DNA of 46,009 bases from Octopus bimaculoides (taxonomy: Eukaryota): contig NC_068983.1 of NCBI RefSeq assembly GCF_001194135.2, forward strand, positions 51,647,333 through 51,693,341, given 5' to 3'. The translations under genes and the position numbers were made by a program. Numbering within the stretch: position 1 is the first letter of the stretch; every line of letters starts with the position of its first letter. Below, piece after piece: positions 35,415 to 46,009 of this stretch. The notes beneath the pieces are model-generated. The model saw only the letters and a program-made list of their open reading frames with translations, was not told the DNA's origin and ran no database searches.

Positions 35415-38400
35415 ATGTAAGTCGAGAGGTAAGTCGGTGGCTCTCCATGTGAACGATAAGGAAGGCAGTGCTTTTAGACTGGTCGCCGTGTACACACCGA
35501 TTGGAGCGGGACAGCCGAAGTTCTTCAAACGTCTGGAGGTCTTTCTAGGGAGATCTCGCTCTTTAGTGTTTGTGGGCGATTGGAATGCAATTGGGTGGGG
35601 CTAGCTGATACGAAAATGGTGCGCGCCAGCCTCGCGAACCTGTTCAGTCGTTTTCATCAGATTGGATTTTCCGAATATTCCAGTGTGGACTTGGGAAAAC
35701 AGTGTCGGGACATTTGCATCTTATCTAGATAGCGTATTTTGTAGGCCAGCAGATAGAAATAACATAAGATGTCCAGAATTTGAATTTGTCAACTACACAG
35801 ACTAAAAATTTGGGATCTGTACGGTGGACTTAGATAGGATACATATGCAGGGACCCGGATACTGGAAGCAGAACGCGTCCATCCCGGCGTGTCAAAATTT
35901 CAGAGACCGGAGTAGTAAGTTAGTCCAGCGAATGTTGACGGGGTGCGAGGGGGCTTAAAACGGGCAATTAGAGTAGAAATTGCAGAGTTTACCAGAGGAC
36001 TAGCGATAGAGAAGACTAGAGTAGAGGGAGACCTAGTTAGGAAATTAGTTGAAGAATTATAGAGGCATAGCGACCGACGTGCTGGCAGTAAGATGGTTCT
36101 GAACTAATTCTTCAACACTAAGCGTGAATGTTGCATTGTCAGCGCTAGGGTGCATGCTCTATAGCAGGAGGGACCGAAAGCTGTTCGATTGACCCGGGTG
36201 GCCGAGGTGGTAATACAACTACAATTCGGTGATTGAGAGGTCGGACGGGGGCATACTATACGAAGTAGATTTGTGCGGAATTTCAGCGGCACTTTGCTGA
36301 ACTGCATGGGGCACGCGGTGGCCCGGAGGCGGATTCGAACTTCACTTCCTACCTCGATGGTATTCTGCGGCTTTCGGCCAGGGACGTGGAGTTCTGCGAA
36401 ACGTCGATAACAGCTGAAGATACATGTGACGCGGTGGCTAGTTGCGCGTGGGAGAGGTCTCAGGGACTGTATGGTCTGTCCTTCGAGCATTATACACATA
36501 CGGGGTACTTGTTTGGTGAGCTTTTGGGAGACGTCTACCATAACTGGCAGCCGAGATGTTGTTACGCTACTTAGAAAGGATCCGAACAATGGGGAAATTG
36601 TTGATAACTCTAGGCCAGTAACTATATTAAACACTGATTACAAAATGTTGGTCAAGGTGTTAGCAAAGAGGTTGGAGCTTGTCGTAGAAAGACTGGTGGG
36701 TGATGCGCAGACTTGCGCTATCCCCAGCAGAACTATACACGACAACCTTCACCTCACGCGATATATCATAGAGAAGGTTGGCAGAGAACCTAGCATGGAG
36801 CAATCGAAACCTTTTGATAGGGTCAACCATCTGTACTTGGGGGGTTTTCTCAAGGCGGCTGACATCGGTCCCGTTTTCAGAGGCTGGTTCGTTGCAATGT
36901 ACAGTGACATCTGTTCGGTGGTCAAAATAAATGGCCACCTCTCAGAATCATTTAGTATCGGACGTTAAGTCCCTCAACGATGCGCATTCTCACCCCTTTT
37001 CTATGTACTGGCCCGACTGCGGAATCTGGAGTTTTTGAGGGGTATCTCGCGGGAACTGAGATGCGAGAGGTGTGTGTCGGCTTATACGGACGACGTCACT
37101 GCGATAGTGTCGGACACTAGGAAATCGAGATGGTTGGCACTACACTAAGGGCGTACGAAGCAGTGACAGGAGCAATGATCAACCTGAAGAAATCAGAGGG
37201 CCAGCAGCTCGGCACGTGGAGAGGCCCATTCCAACGGACAGCATTGCGGGGCGCTGAACGAAAGGACCTGTTAAGTTGCTCCGGATCTCCAAGTGGGGTG
37301 AGGTGACAGACGGTTTGTCCAGTCTCACTCAGAAATGAACCTAGAGGAAGCTGTCCCTGAAAGGTCGAGTAGAGATGCCGAATGCGTATATTGCATCCGT
37401 CATATACTACCGCCTGACTCTCGTCCCTTGTCCCGCTTCGTGGCTGAAAGGGCTGCTGTGTTTACTCTACCACTTCCTGTTCTGGGGACAGGTAACGCTT
37501 GTCAGATGGTCCAGTTCCTGTCAGCAACCGTTGCGTGGAGGACTGAGTATGCTGTGGCTGAGGATGTGCAGACATGCGCTGAAGCTGCGACATCTCCAAC
37601 GATACCTTAACAGTGGGTAGGTATGATTGCTGTTTGTGAAACGCGCTTTTCCGTTGTCCGTCTGCTTGACGGAGCTACAATCCTGGATCAGTCGTAGAGC
37701 GAGGCAGGGCGCTTGGCTCATAGAGGGTCTCCAAGCGCTCAGAACTCTCAGCCACTCGGGCAATGCGGTCGGGGGAAGTTCCACCTTTGGGTTTTATAGG
37801 GAATAAGTGGAGGGAAGTGCGGCGACATATTCGGAGTTGTCTTAACCGACGTGGAGATCAACTGGCTAGTCTCTTCTGGAGGACTTTCGGGTCGTGAACT
37901 ATGGATAACTTTCAGAGATTCCTGACCTGGCAGTGCTACCTGGATTGCTGTCGGTTCGAGATAAACTCTACATGTAAAGGTGTGCTGACAGTTGGGCTTG
38001 TCCAAGATTCATGCGTAGCAATGAAACCGTTTTCCATGCTCTCGTACAGTGTCTTCGAATTGCTGAATTTTGGCGTTTTGTCGAACAGTTATTTTACCAT
38101 GTAGGATGGATCGGGCTGTCGTTCGAGTACATTGTGGAGATCGCTCCACCTCCTTCCTTTGGCCGGAAGGAACCGCAATTTTTCTCTGTCTGGTGGCTAT
38201 GGCAAATGTGGTTGTGTGGTGGACGGATGCGATTGCAAAGCTTGAAGGTGGATACTTCCTTCTTTGGTCACGGCCTCATTGACTTTTTCAAGTTCTACCC
38301 GAAAAGGAAATTGGGGCTGGAGAGGTACTGTCACCCAGAAAGTTCGTTGAAAGATAGGTGAATTTTTGCAAGAATGGATCGTGTGAATTACCCTACTCTA

Positions 38401-38660
38401 AGTGAGCGCATGGTGGCCGGATTGAATGAAGAAGAGAGGGTGCCTTCTCGAGGAACCTTTGGTGTTAAGGGGTCGAAAGTGCGTGAGGACTGTTTCGTCA
38501 TCTTACGTTGGAACTCCCTCCTAGTGAGAAAGCATGATGTTGATTTAATCTCATTGTTAATCATTGTGTTTGTTGGGTTTTTACGCGTTTAGCCTCACTG
38601 TCCCTGGCATTTGTATCGTCCTCTATGTTTTGTGTTCGGCCCTGGTGGCCAATAAAAAAA
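35415..38660 (+). mobile_element. L1/Tx1-clade non-LTR retrotransposon, 5'-truncated, ORF2 pseudogenised
   Basis: APE endonuclease remnants: LVAVYTP, FVGDWNA, WTWENS..SYLDSV, GPGYWKQNAS. RT remnants: RPVTILNTDYKMLVKVLAKRL, KPFDRVNH, QRCAFSPLFYVLA, YTDD at 37083-37094. C-terminal CCHC-like CPRF..NETVFHALVQC. Ends in CAATAAAAAAA. Many frameshifts and stops. Confidence 0.93.
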
Positions 38661-38688
38661 GAATTATTAATATCATTATTTTTAGTTT

Positions 38689-38757
38689 TAGTAGTAGTAG
38701 TAGTAATAGTAATAGTAATAGTGGTGGTGGATGCGGTTGTATTATTATTATTATTAT

Positions 38758-38819
<62 letters not shown>
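38689..38819. repeat. (TAG)n microsatellite with TAT/TGG interruptions
   Basis: Pure TAG run at about 38758-38818. Confidence 0.95.
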
Positions 38820-38836
38820 ACAGTATTAATTGCAGT

Positions 38837-39048
38837 AAGGCGGTGAACTGGCAGAATCGTTAGCACGACGAATAAAAAGCTTCATGAAATTTGGCCGCTA
38901 TTACATTGTGTTCATACTCAACTCATTTCCATTTGCCTTTAATCCTGTGGAGATCGATAAAAAAGGACTAGTGGCGCACTCAGGTCGATATATTTGACTT
39001 ATTCCCTCTCCCAAAATTGCTGGCCTCGTGTTCCAAAATTCAAAACCA
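38837..39048 (+). mobile_element. tRNA-derived SINE, family B, decayed full-length copy
   Basis: AAGGCGGTGAACTGGCAGAATCGTTAGCACG...TTTGCCTTTAATCC...GATCGATAAAA...GGTCGATAT...AAATTGCTGGCCTCGTG. Confidence 0.8.
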
Positions 39049-39068
39049 TTACGATCATCAATAATATA

Positions 39069-39181
39069 GCGGTTAGCTGGTGAAATCGTTAGCACGCCGT
39101 TCAATGTGCTTAGCGATGTTTCGTCCATCATTACGTTTTGAGTTCAAACTCCATCAAGGTCGACTTTGTCTTTCATCCTTC
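39069..39181 (+). mobile_element. tRNA-derived SINE, family B, 5' part (tandem second copy)
   Basis: GCGGTTAGCTGGTGAAATCGTTAGCACGCCG...TTGAGTTCAAACTCCATCAAGGTCGACTTTGTCTTTCATCCTT. Confidence 0.8.
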
Positions 39182-41140
39182 TTACTATCCAATTTCATTG
39201 GCTTATAATAGTAACTAAAATGATTATCCTTTCTTAACCATGACCGTTACATTGTAATGGTCATGAAACACAAACATTTTCTAATGTTTTAACTACATCA
39301 TCACGTTATTATTAATTTCGAAGACAAATGTAAGGGAATAATATACAAAGGAAAACAATTATAAAATTGATGTTTAAGGATAAAAAGTTAAAAGGAAATT
39401 GAAACACTCAGAAATATTTCAAAGAGGAAGTTATATCACGCAAACTACTCCTTATCTTTTCATATTACCAACCTTAATAGAATGTTTTGTGTAAAAAAGA
39501 AAAAAAAACAAGAATTATAAAGATGGAAATCTGATAATCGTTATATATTTTGTTTAAGTTTTGCAAAAATATAAAAGGCATTAACATAATTGATTTTCAT
39601 TGCCTAACACATTAAAATTCCACTTTAATTCATTAAAGTTGAATTGTGAAATTATTGTCACTTTATTATTTATTATCACTGTCACTTTATTAATTTATAT
39701 TGCCTCAATCCGTTTCTTTTTGAACTTATGATTTTGAAGAAGTTGTAAAAGCCCCTTTCCTATGAACTGTAGTCAGTACATATGATAATACGGGTACTGA
39801 ATCAAGTAACTTTTTCATATGTTATGCAATTATATAATCAATATATTTCGTAAATAAAGAACATAATAAGACTTTTATGCGTTGCTAACAGTGAAAAACT
39901 ATATCCTTTTTCATTGAATACCAAATTTAGTGTTGGTTAGTCATTTTTCTTGTTGCAACCGTTTTTCTTTTCTTTTTTTTTTATCAATTATTGACATTCC
40001 TTTAGTTCTCTGTTTCTATGCATTTTGTCTTCTAAATTGAAAGATTGAGTTTGTGTGTAAATTTTGCCTGCATAGCAACTTTTATAATCATTGAGAATCT
40101 TCAGTTAATTGTCTTAATCTAAAAACATAATAAATTAAAATCAACATATACAAATGTGTAAAAAATGTGCACACTATTTGTGTTTAAGCGTACAACTAAA
40201 ATATATAAAAAAAGAATATTTACAAAAAAATATACGCAACAAAGTTCCAAAACAAACACGAAACAAAACACTGAATAAACCGATTATAAGAACGTCACAT
40301 GAATTTTACCCGATAACGACTTCATAATTATATTCTCAGGTTTACAAATTTGAAGTGTAATTAACCACAAAGCATGACCTTTAGCAGAAAGAAGAAATAT
40401 TGCGAACACACATTTGCTACATTTGAACTTGAGGTTTTAACTGGCAGACTATAACGGAGTTTTAAATTAGGGTAATATCCGCTCTTTAATATATGATATA
40501 TATTATATTATATACACATATATATATATATATAGTATGTTTTATTTTCATTTAATACATAGTATTTTGTGCCTATTATTATAGTAATTAGTTATATATA
40601 TATATTTGTTTTGACGGCAGTAATTTGTAGATTAGTAACATATAAGATGTAATCAAATATTTATCTCACACCCAGATAATTTAATATAGGTGTGGTGTCG
40701 ACTGAGATAGCAATTTGTTCTGATATGTGTTCCTCGTAAATGTGTTTTCTATTGAAAACTTTGCATAAATCGTAGCAATTATGTAATCGGCGTGGGTATT
40801 ATGAACACACAGCAGTGAATCTGAATATGAAAGACAAGGCATTTCAGGTGGTGTGCATTCAACTAAGTTATGAACTGTATTCAATGGAAGAGCAACACTT
40901 CAACAGCCATCATTGGCGTAATTTCAAATACATAAACCTATGTAGTCAAAATACAATCCTCACGATAAGCATAACTGATTGTTTATTTATAGAGGTGCAC
41001 ATAAGTTTCAACGCCTTATTACACTGAATATGTTAAATGTTTAGTCCTTGCTCAGATTTGAATCAATAGTAACGAAAGTATATCTTAATGGATGATCATA
41101 ACATTACTTTAGATCCAAGAACCGTTTCTGTTTGAATGTA

Positions 41141-41971
41141 CGAAGTGGTATCAAAAGGCTCCTGAAGTACTTATGTTTAATAAAATATAACTTATTTAGT
41201 TTTAACATCATCTCCTTCGTAATAGTCATACACCGGTCCCAGTGTTCCTTCCTCTTTTGGAATTCGGCCTGGCCGTCGTTTTCCGTTAGCGAGTCGAGAA
41301 ACCTTTGCGATTCGATCTGGATCATGACAATGGTGTTAAACGGCAACCTCTGAGCTGAACATTCATCTTAGCGAAGAGATGCAAGTTTGTAGATGCTAAA
41401 CCTGACGAATAGGGTGGGTGCGAAAGCGATAGCATGTAGGTTATGGCTAGAAACTCACAAGTGAAGAGAGGTCCGTGAAAACTCCAATTCTTCGCACTCT
41501 CCAGATCTGAATCATCTCCTCCAGACATTTCAAGACATCGCAGTAGAACTATTGATTGTCGGTTCGTCCTTGAGGGACGATGTCTTGATGCCTAATACCA
41601 CATTTCCGAGGATGACGCTAGTAGCAGTTCTTCCAGATCGTTCATCGCCTTCCAGGGCCGTTCTTCTGCTTTTCAAGCGACCGTGACACTCGAAACAATG
41701 TGTACGACCCATTGCCTCATCACCGTAAACTTGCCGAGTATGCTCAATGTCTTTCTAGCAGATTTTACAAGTTAACACAACATTTGACGCGGACTGCAGA
41801 ATCGTGGACTGCAGTATACACATGATCAGAAAGTAACGAATTTCACAACTTTCGAAGTAGAAACATCGATGTCCCCTCGATGCCTCATGGAGTAAACACT
41901 GCGACGTCACTCAGCACGCTGCCATCTGTTGGTGCACTGCATAACCAGTCCGACTTTTTGACACCACCTCG
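41141..41971 (-). mobile_element. Mariner deletion derivative with both TIRs and TA target-site duplication
   Basis: Left end TA|CGAAGTGGTATCAAAAGG; right end reverse complement TA|CGAGGTGGTGTCAAAAAG. Minus-strand remnants: VYGDEAMGRTHCFECHGRLKSRRTALEGDERSGR, GIRHQDIVPQGRTDNQ*FYCDVL, LSHPPYSSGLA, FNTIVMIQIESQRFLDSLTEND..FQKRKEHWDRC. Confidence 0.92.
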
Positions 41972-42670
41972 TATAAGTCATCTCCACATATTATTCTTCG
42001 AGCTATCTAAACCTGTATGTCTATAATCATCGTTTGCCACCAAGCATATATTTTTTCTCCGGAAAGTACAGAATATGTATAAAGCTGAGAATCGAATTAT
42101 TCGACTTTTAGGGCGATGGATGGCCTGGATGAGAGGATGACATTTTTCTTTCTGAGAAATGACGAGCCGTACACCAGATCAAATAAATTAATGGTTGCAG
42201 ATATACTGACGGTTTGGTTTTAAAGTGAATGCCTGAAATATGCTAGTTGGCTATTTAGAAATATAGAGATTACTCGGTGGAGAAGGATATATTATTGATG
42301 TTGCTAACAAGAAATGGAATATTGCTATGGATAATAGAATCTGCTTACACGAATGTACACACATTTGGTCATAAGGTAAGAAGTAAAACGCTGCTTCTTT
42401 ATAGTTAGATATTTGTTGAGAGATTTGCGGCTCAGGTGCAATAACCCTGCAAAGTAATGTGTGTTTTAACATTTTCATTTCAAAATACAAGAATTCATCA
42501 GAAACTGATGCCTAGAGGAAAATTAAAGTTATGCATAAAATATCTTAATAATAAAAAGAAAGTTTATACGCTCTAAATGTTAGAATTGGTCAATCAATAA
42601 TGAACTCAAGCTATGGACAGCCAATAATTTCAAATTCTGTGCGTCCAGAAGTTCTAAGAAATAATGAACA

Positions 42671-42885
42671 TATGGTATAGTGGTTAAAACCGCGGACTAC
42701 TGACCCCAAGATTCCGAGTTCGATTCCAGGCAGTGATGTGAATAATAATAATAATAACAATAATAACAAGGAAAAATACCAAGACTCCCGATGAAGGCTA
42801 GAGGGTATATCAGCTGAAACATTTTGTGAACAACAAGCAAGATGAGGACAAATATCCATCAAATGTAAATAATGTAAATAATGAA
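42671..42885 (+). mobile_element. tRNA-headed SINE, family C: Pol III head + (AAT)n + hammerhead-like segment + AT-rich tail
   Basis: A-box TGGTATAGTGG (42673-42683), B-box GAGTTCGATTCC (42716-42727), (AAT)n at 42741-42767, CCGATGA-A-GGCT..AGCT-GAAAC (42788-42820), and a tail shared with 31640-31685. Confidence 0.75.
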
Positions 42886-43574
42886 CACTAAAGATGTCAG
42901 AAGCTTTAAACAATCTTAACATAATTAACATGTATGTGAACTCACAACTTTTTATACACAATCATCTGCGTATCTAAATAAAACAATTATAAGCATTTAA
43001 ACATTCAAAGATGTATGTATGAAAGTCAATGCGTATATCTGTTTGTATGGACGAATACATGAATGCATATATGTATGCGAATGTGCACGTTTGTGGAGGT
43101 ATTTGACCACAATGACAAAATTTTTCCCAATTTTCATCTCATTTCTCCTATCAGCAACATGATGCAACAAGCGGAGAGAATTCGAAGATATATTTCCAAC
43201 GTAATTGGTAGGACGATAGCAACAGAATAACTTATACACACAAAATAACATTATTGTAATGGAATAAATTTGTAAGACAAAAGAATTGGGAGAAATAACT
43301 TAAAGTTAAATGAAAGAAGGATTTCAACGGCAGATGATTGACTATTTATTTTTCAAAAGATATATATACCACAACATAATTTTGAAATTTCAATTCTAAG
43401 AGATTTTCACAGGGTACACTATTATGTTTTATATATATACTGAATATAATAGATATGTGGAAAATAATAACTTTCATATTGAATATTATAAGTAATATTT
43501 GTATATCACAAAAGCTATAAAAATTATGGTGCCATAAGTTGACTTGAGATTAATATAAGTATAGCCATATATAA

Positions 43575-43841
43575 TATGTGTGTCTGTGTGTGTGTGCGTG
43601 TGTGTGTATGCATACATACATTTATATACATATATACCAGCCACTCATACATGCATATACACAAGCACATATATACGATATATGTGTGTGTACATCTATA
43701 GATAAATATATTCTATATATCACACATATACATACATACATGTATATTATATAATATGTATAATATATGTTTATATATATGTATGTGTGTGTGTGTATAC
43801 ATACGTACATAACGTACATATACATATACATATATATATGC

Positions 43842-43927
<86 letters not shown>

Positions 43928-43970
43928 CGTGTGTGTGTGTGTGTGTGTGTGTACGTGTGTGTGAGTGTGT
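43575..43970. repeat. Large compound (TG)/(TA)/(CATA) microsatellite block
   Basis: Includes a long (TA)n run at about 43845-43925. Confidence 0.95.
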
Positions 43971-44904
43971 GCTACTATTTTCATACATATACATTTATAC
44001 TATTAAGAAAACGTTGCTATAATTCTCTGAGAATTAATCAGTATGAATGAACACTGACGTTATGTAGTATGTAGTATAAATATGCACGAATATCACTTTC
44101 AAAAGAAACATGTATTATGGACATTATTCTATAAAGACACGTTTTATATGCAGAATATTATAGAACATCAAAGATCTTTGGTTAGCTTTCCTCACAACTT
44201 TCTATTACATTATAAACGCAATGTAAAAGATAACCTGGAGCGGGAAAGGGTTTCGGACTGAGTGGTAACATCAAATGCATATGGCAATAAAAATAAACAT
44301 CTCACATGTGTTAAAGTATTTTGTTTGAAATTTTAAGCCATGAATCAATGATTTTTATTTCCTTTTTAACTTAAAACATTGTAAGTTTCTGGCTGCTTTT
44401 CTGAGTTAATGTTTTTCGACCATGTTTCAAAATACAATCTTACATAGAACGCCTCCAGCCATATGAGCTGAAGTCTGTTACCTAGATTTCTTTTGGACGA
44501 TGTATTACTAAGTCTACACGATAAAGTGAATTATTCTGAGTATTAATGAAATCAGAAATAGACTGAGTAGGAAAGAATCAGATTCCGACACAGTTACACT
44601 CAACATGAAAGTACGACGTGTTAGATCCACATTTCTACCCCCAAAACGTAACAGCTAATCCTGCTTTAGAACTAGTAAATCCGATACTAAAATTGTTATG
44701 GTATTCATCCTAGAAAACATAAACCGATTTAAGTTATAACCATAGTGAGCGTAACTAATTTTTATCGTAGTGAACCAATTCTTTTGAGAAAACGTAACGG
44801 AAACAACTTCGACTCTTAAATTAACCCAAAATTAATTAAAATAGGATGAAGGTAGTTCGGTGGCGGGCGTGTTAGATAAAATAGTGGATTGAAAGTTTGG
44901 TACA

Positions 44905-45090
44905 GGGACAGAAAGTTTGGAGTCGGGGATAAGTCATTTGTATGTACCCTAGTGGTCTTTGTACATATTTTATCGTGACTGAAAGCATATAAGGCCAGGT
45001 CGAGCTCAGCGGAATTTGAACCTAGAAAGGGACAATTTCTGCCAAGAATTTTGCCCGTCGTACTCACAATTCTGCCAGCTCGTCACTTAT
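44905..45090 (-). mobile_element. tRNA-derived SINE, family B, decayed
   Basis: AAGGCCAGGTCGAGCTCAGCGGAATTTGAACCTAGAA...ACAATTCTGCCAGCTCGTC is the reverse complement of the family head. Confidence 0.7.
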
Positions 45091-45729
45091 GTTTAGATAA
45101 AGTATTAGTAGAAATAAGGCAAAGATGACTCTGGACTTGCTTCGGATTAATATGTTTTCGTCAAGGAACAGATATCGGTTCCATTACAAGACAGGCAATT
45201 ATTTCTTACCAAAATATATACACTGCTGCGGAGCAAGCACTGACTGGCATTTTAATTTAAAAAGGCTATAGATAAACATATGATAAGTATGCATTAATAG
45301 AACTGTGGCGGTGATTCAACATCTGTTTAACTACTGATGTTGGATCACATGAATTATTAAAGCCCATTAGCGTAATGATGAATTGCGATGAAGACAAGTA
45401 TAATTGAAGTAGAGAAATTAAAATTGAGAATCTAACATCATATTTGCAATACCACAGAATGCACGTCATACCACAGTGACAAACCAGGATATGCTGACAG
45501 TTATTTCAACTTCAATCGGGGAAAGGAAGGCTTCACTTATTCCGCCAAATATAAGTGTACGCTAATGAGACTTTCTAACCGCTAACAATGTCTTTAGAAT
45601 TGGGGAATATATGGTGGTATGAAATATTGTTCTTCAGAGCCGATATTACCATCCATATTTCATGAAGATTCTGTCACCGAGTATTTTTGGCTAATTTTAC
45701 GTTTAAGAAAGGTTTACTTTATACATTAT

Positions 45730-46009
45730 CAAAAATATATACACATATATAATGTATATAGGTATATAAGTATGTACGTATGTAGCTATGTATGTATGTA
45801 TATGCATGTGTGTGTATCAATATATATGAATATATGTATATATATGTTTTATATACATACATATATATTTGTATATACATATACGTATATGTATGGTGTA
45901 TATATATATATATATATGCGTGTGTGTGTGTGTGTGTGTGCGTGCGTGTGTGTGTGTGTATACATATGTGTATATGTATGGAATATATACATATATATAT
46001 ATATATATA
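45730..46009. repeat. Compound TA/TG/TATG low-complexity block
   Basis: Seen directly in sequence. Confidence 0.92.

Noticed and set aside
38561-38866. Poly-Ser, poly-Val and poly-Thr ORFs
   Set aside because: Read-through of the (TAG)n microsatellite.
40690-40800. CYDLCKVFNRKHIYEEH on the minus strand, resembling a C2H2 finger
   Set aside because: Cys/His spacing is non-canonical, the second His is missing, and there are no neighbouring fingers.
42671-42735. Possible tRNA gene
   Set aside because: A and B boxes are present but I cannot build a convincing acceptor stem, and it runs into a SINE body; treated as a SINE head.
43155-43200. HDATSGENSKIYF, resembling a cadherin DxDxGxN motif after a strong acceptor
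   Set aside because: A single short imperfect motif with no other cadherin repeat sequence nearby.
44235-44280. Minus-strand UUGAUG...CCGAAAC as a further hammerhead candidate
   Set aside because: The core is mismatched at several positions and there is no stem II pairing.

Overview
Strongly AT-rich, repeat-dense animal genomic DNA that looks intronic or intergenic. It has 11 assembly gaps (about 5.9 kb of N), most of them abutting (TA)n, (CA)n or (TG)n tracts. The SINE families and microsatellite load look like an octopus (coleoid cephalopod) genome; this is my inference from recognition, not a database result. No intact protein-coding gene could be identified: the ORFs of 60 aa or more are gap artefacts, microsatellite read-throughs, transposon debris or unrecognisable. 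Supported content: a decayed, 5'-truncated L1/Tx1-clade LINE (endonuclease, RT and CCHC remnants, about 35.4-38.7 kb); four Tc1/mariner-superfamily fossils, one with both TIRs and TA target sites; about 17 copies or fragments of three tRNA-headed SINE families; a ~500-bp foldback element; and many simple repeats. The most unusual signal is three decayed minimal hammerhead-ribozyme-like motifs inside interspersed repeats. Two (218-256 and 27150-27188, minus strand) belong to one family with a variant core, and one (42788-42825) lies within a tRNA-headed SINE.
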